Source of the DNA: an uncultured delta proteobacterium
GTDB taxonomy: Bacteria > Myxococcota_A > Polyangia > Fen-1088
Length of the DNA stretch: 64,000 nucleotides
Assembly (NCBI GenBank): GCA_963796685.1
Contig: CAWCMR010000025.1
Coordinates: forward strand, 1,696,001 to 1,760,000
Direction of reading: 5' to 3'
Position numbers and translations under genes: made by a program. Below, one piece after another: positions 48,682 through 57,922 of the stretch (position 1 is the first letter of the stretch; every line of letters begins with the position of its first letter). The notes below the pieces were generated by a model that was not told where the DNA came from, ran no database searches, and was given only the letters and a program-made list of their open reading frames with translations.

Positions 48682-51309
48682 ATGCATCAACACCAGTCGG
48701 GTCTTTCGCGCCATGCAGCGCTGGCCGTCATCCTCCTTGGTGCCTCGGCGGTTGCCTGTCGGCCAACCGCACAGGCCCGTTCAGGAGGAACCGGTGGCAG
48801 CGCGGGCAGCGGCGGCTCGGGTGGCAACGGTGGCGGCGGCGGCGCGGCGACGACCAGCTCTTTCGGCGGCAGCGGTGGCGGTTCGGCCGGAAGCAGCGGC
48901 GGCGCGAGTGGCTCGGGCGGGGCCAGCTCCGGCGGCTCCGGCGGGACGACGAACAAGGGCGGCGCTGGTGGTTCGGGCGGCGCCAGCGGCGGCGTTGGCG
49001 GAGGCGAAGGCGGCACCTCAGGCGGCGGCAGCGGTGGCACCACGGACGCGAAGCTGAGTTGCGACGGCAAGACCTTCCCGCTACCGGCGGATCCGATGAT
49101 GCCGGGCTATTCCGACCACACGACCTTCCAAACCAAGGCCACCAACACGGTTGCGAACATGTCGTCGGCGGAGATGGCCCAGCAAATGCGCGGGAACGAT
49201 CCCGGATCCTCGTCGGCGAGGAACTGGAACAACATCTTCAGTCAGCCAGATAACACCACCAAGGGAATCGATGGCTATACCTATCGGGACGGCCCCCGCG
49301 GCGTGAATCTGGACGCCCCCATCCAGGCCACCAGCACCTCGCACGGCAATTCCACCGTCTTCCCCGTGGCCGCGGCGCGCGGCGCGAGCTTCGACCTGGG
49401 TCTCGAATACCGTATCGGCGAAGCGATGGGCAACGAGATGGTAGCAGCTGGCCAGACCATGCTGCTCGCACCCACGGTGAACATCTTGCGCCACCCTCTG
49501 TGGGGCCGCGCGCAGGAAACCTACGGCGAGGACACCTTCTTGCTCGGCCGCATGGGTACGGCCAGCGTGGCCGGCATCCAGCAGTACGTCGCGGCTTGTG
49601 TGAAGCACTTCGCGGCCAACAACATCGAGAACAAGCGCGCGAGCGACAACTCGACCATGGACGAGCAGACCTTGCGCGAGGTCTATTCACGACACTTCGA
49701 GATGATCATCAAGGATGGCGGCGTTGCCTGCGTCATGGCCGCGCTCAACCTAGTGAACGGCCTCAACTGCACCCAGAACGCGCACCTGCTCAACGACATT
49801 TTGCGTAACGACTTCGGCTTCCAGGGTTTCGTGATGTCCGACTGGTGGGCCATTCCGGGCGGCAACAGCGGCACGCCCAGCGCAACCTTGGGCGCAGCAG
49901 CGGTGGCGGCCGGCCTCGACATGGAATTGCCATGGAACTGGGACTTCAATTCCATCGACAGCACGAGCTCGGGGGTGACTTCCTCGCAGCTGCAGACCGC
50001 GGCCAAGCGCATTCTCGAGCAGAAGTACCGGTTCAATGCCGACCAGGGCAAAGGGTTGAAGACGTCGACCACGACCTTCAGCGGCGGCTCGATCACCACT
50101 CCCGACACCGACCTCGCGCTGAAAGCGGCTGAAGAATCGATGGTCCTGCTCAAGAACGACAACAAGGCGCTACCTTTGAGCACCTCGGTGTCCAAGATCG
50201 CCGTCATCGGGGCAAAGCTCGACTACTGGGCGCCGGTCGACAGCTCGGGCGCGACCACGGGTCCTGGCATCAACAACCGAGCCGACGACGTGAACAACGG
50301 GACCATCGATTTTGCCAATGGCGTGCGCATCGGCGATGTGGGCTCGAGCCGCGTGCGCTTCGACTCTGCGAAGGCGGTCAGCCCTTGCCAAGGCTTCCAG
50401 AATCTCCTCGGCGCGGGCAAGGTCACGTGCAGCAACAGCGCCTCGGATGCCAAGGGCATGGACGCGGTCATCGTCGTGGCCGGCCTGACCCCGTACGACG
50501 AGGGCGAGGAGTACAACGGCAGCGGCGATCGGTCGACGTTTGCCCTTGATGGCAAGCCCAACAGCTCCGGCAGCAACACCGGCGTGCAGAACAAGCTCAT
50601 CACCGACGCGGTGTCGAGCGCGGCCGGCAAGCCGGTCATCGTGATTCTCGAAGGCGGCAGCGTCATCGACATGCCCTGGCTGTCGCAGGTTTCCGCGGTG
50701 ATCATGGCCTGGTATCCCGGCATGTCGGGCGGGACGGCCATGGCCGAGTTGGCCTTCGGCAAGAAGAACTTCAGCGGCAAGCTGCCGATCTCTTGGCCGA
50801 AAGCGCTCAGCGATTTGCCGACCTTCAACGGCGGCACCGCCACCCAGATGGACTACTACCTCGGCTATCGCTACTTCGACAACGCCGGCAAGACGCCGCT
50901 TTATCCCTTCGGCTACGGCCTCAGCTACACCACGTTCGACTACAGCAACCTGGTGGTTCCCTGCGCAACCGTCACCAAGGACGGCGTGGTGGATGTTTCG
51001 GTCGACGTGACCAACTCGGGCAGCGTGGATGGCGACGAGATCGTCCTGCTCTTCACGTCGTACCCGAACGCGACCAAGCGACGTTCGGCCAAGGAGCTGA
51101 AGGGCTTCGCGCGGATCTCCATCGCGGCCGGCGCCAAGCAGACCGTGACCATCCCGGTGCGCGTGTCGGATCTCAAGTACTGGGATCACGACAAGGACGG
51201 CACCACCAAGGATGGCAGCGGCTGGCTCATCGATTCGGGCCCGGTCAAGGTCATGGTCGGCGGCAGCTCGGACAACCTGCCGCTCTCGGATACCTTCTCG
51301 GTGAACTGA
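48682..51309 (+). CDS. GH3 beta-glucosidase lipoprotein with Fn3-like domain
   Basis: Lipobox AVAC. DGPRGV, APTVNILRHPLWGRAQETYGED, KHFAAN, VMSDW (nucleophile), VLLKN, YPFGYGLSYT, KELKGF. Confidence 0.93.
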   Translation: MHQHQSGLSRHAALAVILLGASAVACRPTAQARSGGTGGSAGSGGSGGNGGGGGAATTSSFGGSGGGSAGSSGGASGSGGASSGGSGGTTNKGGAGGSGGASGGVGGGEGGTSGGGSGGTTDAKLSCDGKTFPLPADPMMPGYSDHTTFQTKATNTVANMSSAEMAQQMRGNDPGSSSARNWNNIFSQPDNTTKGIDGYTYRDGPRGVNLDAPIQATSTSHGNSTVFPVAAARGASFDLGLEYRIGEAMGNEMVAAGQTMLLAPTVNILRHPLWGRAQETYGEDTFLLGRMGTASVAGIQQYVAACVKHFAANNIENKRASDNSTMDEQTLREVYSRHFEMIIKDGGVACVMAALNLVNGLNCTQNAHLLNDILRNDFGFQGFVMSDWWAIPGGNSGTPSATLGAAAVAAGLDMELPWNWDFNSIDSTSSGVTSSQLQTAAKRILEQKYRFNADQGKGLKTSTTTFSGGSITTPDTDLALKAAEESMVLLKNDNKALPLSTSVSKIAVIGAKLDYWAPVDSSGATTGPGINNRADDVNNGTIDFANGVRIGDVGSSRVRFDSAKAVSPCQGFQNLLGAGKVTCSNSASDAKGMDAVIVVAGLTPYDEGEEYNGSGDRSTFALDGKPNSSGSNTGVQNKLITDAVSSAAGKPVIVILEGGSVIDMPWLSQVSAVIMAWYPGMSGGTAMAELAFGKKNFSGKLPISWPKALSDLPTFNGGTATQMDYYLGYRYFDNAGKTPLYPFGYGLSYTTFDYSNLVVPCATVTKDGVVDVSVDVTNSGSVDGDEIVLLFTSYPNATKRRSAKELKGFARISIAAGAKQTVTIPVRVSDLKYWDHDKDGTTKDGSGWLIDSGPVKVMVGGSSDNLPLSDTFSVN

Positions 51310-51363
51310 ATTCTTGCAGAGTCGCTTGACCCGCCGGCGACTTTCGCTTTGGATAGGGCCGCC

Positions 51364-53070
51364 ATGAGACCACTACCCATTCGAACTGCCTGTTTTTGCG
51401 TGGCCCTCTTCCTCGTGCCGGCAGTGGCTCTGCTCGCCAGTCCGCCGTCCTTCGCGGCGAAACCAGCCACCAAGGCGGCGAAAGCGGCTGCCAAGCGAAA
51501 GGCGGCGACCAAGGCCGCGACGAAGGAGGCTCCCGCGTCGACACCCAGTACTTCCTCGGGAGCATCGTCGTCGAGCACGGCTTCGGAAGGCCACAAATAC
51601 GAGACCCCGGCGCCTGCCGAGGCGCCCGCGGTCGAGGCCCCGGCCACCCAAGCCGCGGAGCCCAAGGTGGCAGCCGAAGCGTCCACGCCGGCCGTGGCGG
51701 CGGAGAAAGAGCCGCCCAAGGTGGAGGAACCTCCCGCGGGCCAGCCGGTGTCGATCGACACCCCCACGCCGGTTACCGTGGTCGCGGAAGAGCCTGCTGC
51801 GATCACCGCGCCACAGCCCCCCTACGTCGAGCACCTGGGTCCGAGCTCCTACCCCGGCAAGTTGCGCGGCATCTACGGCGGCTCCATGTGGCTCGAACCG
51901 TCCTTCAACGGCTTGCAGTGGCCGTATATGCCGAAATCGGGTGTGGGGGTTTCCGGCGTGTTTTGGGTCGACAGCGGCTACGAGACCATCAACCGTGACA
52001 TCGCCGGGCTGGCCAACACCACCATGTGGATCCAGCAAGGGCGGGCAGTTCTTCGCGTCACCCCGACCTACACCGACGGCCGGTTCTTCATCCAGGCCCA
52101 GGTCGAGCTGGTGGGGAATCAATGCCAGCAGGCGGGGAGCGGCAGCGGCTCCTTGTGCCAAACCTTCGGAACCTTCGACACCGATGACCTTTGGATTCGC
52201 ATCGGTCAGTGGAACGTTTGGGATCTGAAGGTCGGCCGTTTCGAAGCTTGGGAGCTGTATCACACGGGTATGGGCCTCGACATGAACACCATGGAGCGTC
52301 AGGGGGCCTTCCTGGCCAAGACGCTGGCGAGCGCCAACATCCAATCGACACCAACCTTCTACGCCGTCAACTACATGCACGACCGGCCCTCCGCTGGATT
52401 GGGCATCGGGTATGTCGCGCTCCACGCCTATCCGACCAACAAGCTGCGATTCGAAATGCTCGGTGAGCTGGGCACGAGCGACTCGACGGGCCAAGGGGAC
52501 AACTACCTCGGTGGGCGTCCTGCCGGCATCCTGGACCTTGATTGGGTCAAGGTGAAGGTCGGCGCAGAATACGAGAGACAAACCCGTTCCGAGCAACAGA
52601 TCAACGGATCCACGAATACCAAGTCAGACTCTCCCTATCGAAGGACCAGGAAGGGGGTCGGGGGCTCGCTTCAGTTCGTCATGGATCCCTATGTCGAGTT
52701 TGGTTTCAACGGAGCCTATGGGTCCGTTTTGCTGGTCAATGATGGCGGCAACTCCGATGGCAAGGGCTCCTACACCACGACCAGCGTGGGCGGATTCGCG
52801 AATCTCCGACTGGCCAGGTTGTGGCTCTTGGGTGTGGGCGTGAATTGGACGGCGCAGACGGACAGCTACTACCCCAATGGGGACACATCTTCCGACTACA
52901 GCGCCCACCTGCAAGGTTTTCTTGCCCTCCAGTACCTGCTCGCAGGGCAGCTCTTCATCAAGGGAGTTTTCGGCTACGCGCGCGCGGACTTCCAGGACAC
53001 CGACCCGACCGTGCCCATCTGGAGCAACTACATGTACAGCGCTCGCGTTCGCTTGATGTACCTCTATTGA
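51364..53070 (+). CDS. Putative outer-membrane beta-barrel (porin-like) with Ala/Pro/Lys-rich N-terminal extension
   Basis: Signal peptide, low-complexity stalk, then alternating amphipathic strands (FFIQAQVELV, WDLKVGRFE, VKVKVGAEY, LFIKGVFGY) ending YSARVRLMYLY. No TonB plug seen. Confidence 0.7.
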   Translation: MRPLPIRTACFCVALFLVPAVALLASPPSFAAKPATKAAKAAAKRKAATKAATKEAPASTPSTSSGASSSSTASEGHKYETPAPAEAPAVEAPATQAAEPKVAAEASTPAVAAEKEPPKVEEPPAGQPVSIDTPTPVTVVAEEPAAITAPQPPYVEHLGPSSYPGKLRGIYGGSMWLEPSFNGLQWPYMPKSGVGVSGVFWVDSGYETINRDIAGLANTTMWIQQGRAVLRVTPTYTDGRFFIQAQVELVGNQCQQAGSGSGSLCQTFGTFDTDDLWIRIGQWNVWDLKVGRFEAWELYHTGMGLDMNTMERQGAFLAKTLASANIQSTPTFYAVNYMHDRPSAGLGIGYVALHAYPTNKLRFEMLGELGTSDSTGQGDNYLGGRPAGILDLDWVKVKVGAEYERQTRSEQQINGSTNTKSDSPYRRTRKGVGGSLQFVMDPYVEFGFNGAYGSVLLVNDGGNSDGKGSYTTTSVGGFANLRLARLWLLGVGVNWTAQTDSYYPNGDTSSDYSAHLQGFLALQYLLAGQLFIKGVFGYARADFQDTDPTVPIWSNYMYSARVRLMYLY

Positions 53071-53408
53071 CGATCACGCAATATTGCGATGCGGTAGGTG
53101 GTTTGGATCACAGTGGATGCCGCTATTTGCACCTTCATCCGGCGCGGTTGATGGAAGCGTCGGAGGGCTGGCCCAAACTGGCTTGACGGGGCGATGTCGG
53201 CCAAGCGAAAGAAAGGTTGGTTACGCGAGGCGCGCCTGGCCCAAAGGGGCGCGGTGCACTGCGTCGTCGCTTTTTTCGTTTCTCTTTTTTGGCACCAGAC
53301 CTGTTATCCTCCCGTGGATTTTTGAAAGTTACGGCGACTCGGGGTAGACGCCCGGAGGGCCGTTCATGCAGATCGACTCCGGTACCACTTCCGGAAGGAG
53401 AAATTGGA

Positions 53409-55826
53409 ATGCACCGCACAGCACGCTCTCTGTTCTTGCCACTGACTCTTGGACTCGTTTTTTCGACCCCGTTCATGGGCTGCCAGAGCGGCGGCACCAG
53501 CGGTGGCTCGGGAGGTAAAGGCGGCTCCGGCGGTAGCGCCGGCAGCGGCTCCGGTGGCAGCGGCTCGGGCGGCTCGTCGGCCAAGGGCGGCAGCGGCGGA
53601 AATGGCTCGGGCGGCAGCGGCTCGTCGGCCAAGGGCGGCAGCGGCGGAAGCGGTTCTGGCGGCAGTGGTTCGGGTGGCTCGTCCGCGAAGGGCGGCTCTG
53701 GCGGCAACGGCTCGGGCGGCAGCGGCTCGGGCGGCAGCGCCGGTGGCAACGGCTCGGGCGGCGCGGCTGGCAGCGGCAGCGGTGGCGCGGCTGGTAGCGG
53801 CAGCGGCGGCGCGGCTGGGAACGGCTCCGGCGGTGCAGCCGGGAGCGGCTCCGGCGGGAGCGACACGGGCGGCTCGGGCGGCGGAAGCACGGGCACCAGC
53901 GACATGATCTCCGACTTCGAGTCCACGCCCGGCAAGGCCGACATGGACAAGAACGGCGGCCGGACCGGGTATTGGTACGTGTACTTCCCGGGCTCGGACA
54001 CGGCCTCGGCGCCTGCAAGCGGCATGAGCATCAGCCCAGCGCTTGCCCCTGGCGCGCCCATCGCCAGCGCCGCTTCGGACAGCGGCAACGCTTTGCACGT
54101 CACCGGGTCGGGATTCAACGGCAGCAGCACCAACTACGCGGGCTTCGGAGCCGCGTTCACACCCAATACCCCCTACGACAAGAAGAGCGCCGCCTACGAC
54201 ACCAGCGCCTACACCGGTATCACTTTCAAGGTGAAGTCGGGCAGCGGCACGCTTCCGCCCACGTTCTTTGAAGTCCTGACCAAGGAGAACCAGCCCACCA
54301 CCTCGGGTGGCAACCTGAATCCAGATTCATCAAGTCCAGGCACACCGACGAGCCCGGACGCCTCTATCGGCCTCTACAACACGCGCGGCTGGATGCTCAC
54401 CACGCCGTGGGTCGGCACCAGCATCAGCAGCGCTTGGCAGACCATCACCATTCCGTTCGGCCAGCTCATCCCGCGCCACCTGTGCGATGCAACGGCCTGC
54501 GGTACGTCGGCCACCAAGTGCCAACCGCCTGCGCTCAACCCCAAGGATGTCCTCGGTATCCAGTTCTCGTACTACGCCGCAGAGAAGGGATGGCCCACCG
54601 GCATCGGAACGCCCGGAACCTTCGACATCTGGGTCGACGACGTGGCCTTCACCACGGGCCCCGTTGCCGTCCAGACTCTCTCCGGCTTCCCGGCCGCCAA
54701 GCCCTACGACATGGGGAGCTGCAAGCTTCCCACCGGTCCCTCGGCGAACCCCGCGTATCTCGTACCAGCGTACAACCAGTGGAAGAGCACCTTCGTCAAG
54801 GGCGGCAAAGTCATTCGTCCCGAGAACCAGAACGACACCGTTTCCGAGGGCATTGCCTACGGCATGCTCATCTCCGCCAACATGCACGACGAGGCCACCT
54901 TCAAGACCCTGCAGGGCACCTGGGGGTCCGGCCTGATGACCTGGTGCCTTGGCGCTGGCGGCGGCGGTACCGGTACGGCCTGCAATGCGCAGGGTGGCGG
55001 CTCCGCCACGGATGCAGACGAGGATGCTGCCTTCGCGCTCCTCCAGGCAGCCAAGATCTTCGGCAACTCCAGCTATAAGGATGCTGCCATGAGCATCATC
55101 TCGCAGATCTGGTCGCAGGACATCGACAGCGCCTCCAAGCTACCCAAGGGCGGCAGCAATTACGGCTCGGGCGATCCTACCAATCCCTCTTACTTCGCCC
55201 CGGCGTACTACGCAGCATTCAAGGCCGCTGGCGATAGCAACGACTGGGATAGCGTCATCGCGGCGGTCTACAGCTCGATCAGTAAGCTGATGACCAACAC
55301 CAACAGTAACGGTCTCTTCGCCGCATGGTGTAGCAACGGTTGCTCGCAGTCCTCCACCAACAAGGGCGGCGGGGATCCTACAGACCTGTTCTACCAGTAC
55401 GACTCGCACCGCATCCCGATGCGCATCGGTCTCGACGTTTGTTTCGGCGGAGCGCACGCGTCCGACGCCAAGGCCTACGTGGCCAAGACGACCAGCTTCT
55501 TCGCCACCAACGCCAACGCGGGAAAGAATGGGGTCAGCCGCATCTTCGACGTGTACGATCCGAAGACCAGCAACGTTCCGACCTCTGGTGTGACGGCCGG
55601 CAACAACTCGGCTTCCATCATCGGCACGGCCGCTGTCGGGGCCATGGCTGACGGAAGTAACCAACAGTTCATCGAGGACGCCTTCCAGGCTACCTTCGAT
55701 ATCGTGTCGCGCGGCAGCCTCGACACGACCGACACCTCCGCGGGCGCGAAGACAGCCTACTCCTACTTCAACGCCACCGTGGGCATGATGACCTTGCTCA
55801 TGATGACGGGTAACTTCAGCCACTAG
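53409..55826 (+). CDS. Lipoprotein: Gly/Ser linker + CBM11-like domain + GH8 catalytic domain
   Basis: AAGGAG RBS, lipobox FMGC. MISDFE..GYWYVY..YTGITF..WVDDV. GH8 motifs TVSEGIAYGM, SATDADED, NPSYFAPAYY, YQYDSHRIPMR. Confidence 0.9.
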   Translation: MHRTARSLFLPLTLGLVFSTPFMGCQSGGTSGGSGGKGGSGGSAGSGSGGSGSGGSSAKGGSGGNGSGGSGSSAKGGSGGSGSGGSGSGGSSAKGGSGGNGSGGSGSGGSAGGNGSGGAAGSGSGGAAGSGSGGAAGNGSGGAAGSGSGGSDTGGSGGGSTGTSDMISDFESTPGKADMDKNGGRTGYWYVYFPGSDTASAPASGMSISPALAPGAPIASAASDSGNALHVTGSGFNGSSTNYAGFGAAFTPNTPYDKKSAAYDTSAYTGITFKVKSGSGTLPPTFFEVLTKENQPTTSGGNLNPDSSSPGTPTSPDASIGLYNTRGWMLTTPWVGTSISSAWQTITIPFGQLIPRHLCDATACGTSATKCQPPALNPKDVLGIQFSYYAAEKGWPTGIGTPGTFDIWVDDVAFTTGPVAVQTLSGFPAAKPYDMGSCKLPTGPSANPAYLVPAYNQWKSTFVKGGKVIRPENQNDTVSEGIAYGMLISANMHDEATFKTLQGTWGSGLMTWCLGAGGGGTGTACNAQGGGSATDADEDAAFALLQAAKIFGNSSYKDAAMSIISQIWSQDIDSASKLPKGGSNYGSGDPTNPSYFAPAYYAAFKAAGDSNDWDSVIAAVYSSISKLMTNTNSNGLFAAWCSNGCSQSSTNKGGGDPTDLFYQYDSHRIPMRIGLDVCFGGAHASDAKAYVAKTTSFFATNANAGKNGVSRIFDVYDPKTSNVPTSGVTAGNNSASIIGTAAVGAMADGSNQQFIEDAFQATFDIVSRGSLDTTDTSAGAKTAYSYFNATVGMMTLLMMTGNFSH

Positions 55827-55886
55827 TCCGCCATGTAGGTCACCGTCGATTGCTCAATCATCCATCCATCAGAGTGAGGCTCGAGA

Positions 55887-57584
55887 ATGACAACACGTGA
55901 GGCATGTCGGCTGTTCGTCTTGTTGGCTGGTTCCATCGCGCTAATGGGTGGCTGCAGCAGCAGCAATGCGCCAGCCAATGGGACTGGCGGATCGGGTGGA
56001 AAAGGCGGGGCCGGGGCAGGCGGGACGAGCGGAAAAGGCGGGACAGGCGGAATGGGTGGAACATCCGGAAAGGGCGGCGCTGGCGGAACGGCCGGAATAG
56101 GTGGAGCCTCCGGCATGGGTGGCAGCAGCGCCACCCCAGACGCCGCTGTCTACACATGCCTCAAGACCTCGGACGATGGCCTGATCGCCGATTTCACGAC
56201 GGACAACAGCCTCAATCCCGTGGATGGACGTCAGGGCGGATTCTACGTGTACGGGGATGGTTCCGGCACCTTCGATCCTCCCATGGTGGTTTGCGAGTCC
56301 TATCCAATCGATACCAGTGTTGGCAACCCAACCTGCTCTGGTCCCGGGTCCTTTCACACCAAGGCAACGGGCTTTGCCAAGTGGGGCGCCGCGATGGGCG
56401 TCGATTTCGCTCCGGCCCTCGGTGCCAGCACCGGTTCGGGCGGCACCACGACGGCCGCAGACGGCGGCGGCGCTGGTGGCGAGAGCGGGAGCGGTGGCTC
56501 CAGCGCTAACAGTGGCACCGGCGGAAGCGGCGGGGCCGGGAGCGGTACCGGCGGAAGCACCACGGCTGGGAGCGGCTCCGGCGGGAGCAGCAGCGGTGGC
56601 TCTAGCGCGAGTGGCGGGAACGGCAGCGCGGGCAGCAGCGCCTCGGGCGGGAGCGGCTCAGGGGGCAGCGGCTCGGGCGGCAGCAGCTCGGGCGGGAGCG
56701 GCGCCGGTGGCGAGAGCGGCAATGGTGGCTCCAGTACAACCGGCGGCGACAGCGGCACGGGTGGTGGCTCAGGCGGCTCCAGCACGGTGTGCGCCGCGCT
56801 CACGGACGCGGCGCCGACGATCAAGGGCAACTACGATGCATCGAAGTACATCGGCGTTTCCTTCTGGGCCAAGAGCGCGGCCCCGCTCACGGGGGTCCAG
56901 GTCAGCTTCCCTGACATCTACACGGATGGCGCGGCGGATCCGACGCTCGTCGATCCAAACGCATCCAGATGCGCCTACGTCTCGGGCTCCACCATCAACT
57001 GCAGCCCGTATCTGGTGAAGTTCGGGGATGCGGCTTTCCCTGCCTACAAGGACTACCAGATCGATACGATGTGGAAGCGATTCGACGTCTACTTCGCGGA
57101 CACGAAGCAGGACCAGTACAACGTCGGAGCCCAGGGCCCTGACAACGCCCTTTCTGTGCAGCACCTGACGGCCATGGCCATCCAGGTGAACGCCATCTAC
57201 GTCAACGGCAGCCCGACGGCGAACGACTTCGAGCTCTGGGTCGACGACATCAACTTCATTCCAGCTACAGGCGGGACCGGCGGATCGGGTGGGACGGCCG
57301 GATCGAGTGGAGCCGGTGGATCCAGTGGAACAGGCGGAATGGCAGAAACAGGCGGAGCCGGCGGAGCAGGTGAAACGGGCGGAGCGAGCGGCCAAGGCGG
57401 AGCGGGGCAGACGGGCGGAATGAGCGGATCTGGTGGTGCCAGCGGAACGGCTGGCGCGGGTGCAGGTGGAACGAGTGGAACGGGTGGCCAGGGAGCCGGC
57501 GGAGCATCTGGAACGGGCGGAGCTGCTGGCCAGGGAGCCGGCGGAGCATCTGGAACGGGTGGCTCGAGCAGCGGCGGCACCTGA
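55887..57584 (+). CDS. Non-catalytic lipoprotein with a CBM11-like domain interrupted by a Gly/Ser insert
   Basis: Lipobox MGGC. LIADF..GRQGGFYVY, WGAAMGVDF, [insert], YDASKYIGVSFWAK, WKRFDVYF, FELWVDDINF. Gly-rich tail with a 33-bp direct repeat (57485-57517 / 57527-57559). Confidence 0.75.
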   Translation: MTTREACRLFVLLAGSIALMGGCSSSNAPANGTGGSGGKGGAGAGGTSGKGGTGGMGGTSGKGGAGGTAGIGGASGMGGSSATPDAAVYTCLKTSDDGLIADFTTDNSLNPVDGRQGGFYVYGDGSGTFDPPMVVCESYPIDTSVGNPTCSGPGSFHTKATGFAKWGAAMGVDFAPALGASTGSGGTTTAADGGGAGGESGSGGSSANSGTGGSGGAGSGTGGSTTAGSGSGGSSSGGSSASGGNGSAGSSASGGSGSGGSGSGGSSSGGSGAGGESGNGGSSTTGGDSGTGGGSGGSSTVCAALTDAAPTIKGNYDASKYIGVSFWAKSAAPLTGVQVSFPDIYTDGAADPTLVDPNASRCAYVSGSTINCSPYLVKFGDAAFPAYKDYQIDTMWKRFDVYFADTKQDQYNVGAQGPDNALSVQHLTAMAIQVNAIYVNGSPTANDFELWVDDINFIPATGGTGGSGGTAGSSGAGGSSGTGGMAETGGAGGAGETGGASGQGGAGQTGGMSGSGGASGTAGAGAGGTSGTGGQGAGGASGTGGAAGQGAGGASGTGGSSSGGT

Positions 57585-57922
57585 CGGCGTGACCGTCCCG
57601 ACTTCACGGGAAGCATAGTCTTCTTCAACGCGGTCCGGCTGGTGAGCACCTGCCGGGCTGTCTCGCATCAAGCCCTGGCGACCAAGCACCAAGTGGTCGA
57701 GATGCGGTGATGCTATTTCGCCGTGGTCGATGCTTTGGCACGAAGCGAGCTGGAGGCTCTGCTGTACCCGTCGAGGGCGCTTCGACCAACCTACACTTGG
57801 ATCTATCGGAAGCACCAGCGGGGCGCTTCGATGCGGCAGATCCAGCGCGCCGGGGGAATAGGTTCGTCGTCAAGGCTCGGACTCGACCCGAGCGACTATG
57901 GTTGATTGTGAAGATGCTTCGA

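Noticed and set aside
53289-53305. Sigma-54 promoter TTGGCACCAGACCTGTT upstream of GH8
   Set aside because: The -24 box is good, but the -12 box reads CTGT rather than TTGC, so it is not supportable alone.
53490-53900. Gly/Ser repeats as collagen, ice-nucleation or PE-PGRS genes
   Set aside because: They are flexible linkers between lipoboxes and folded domains.
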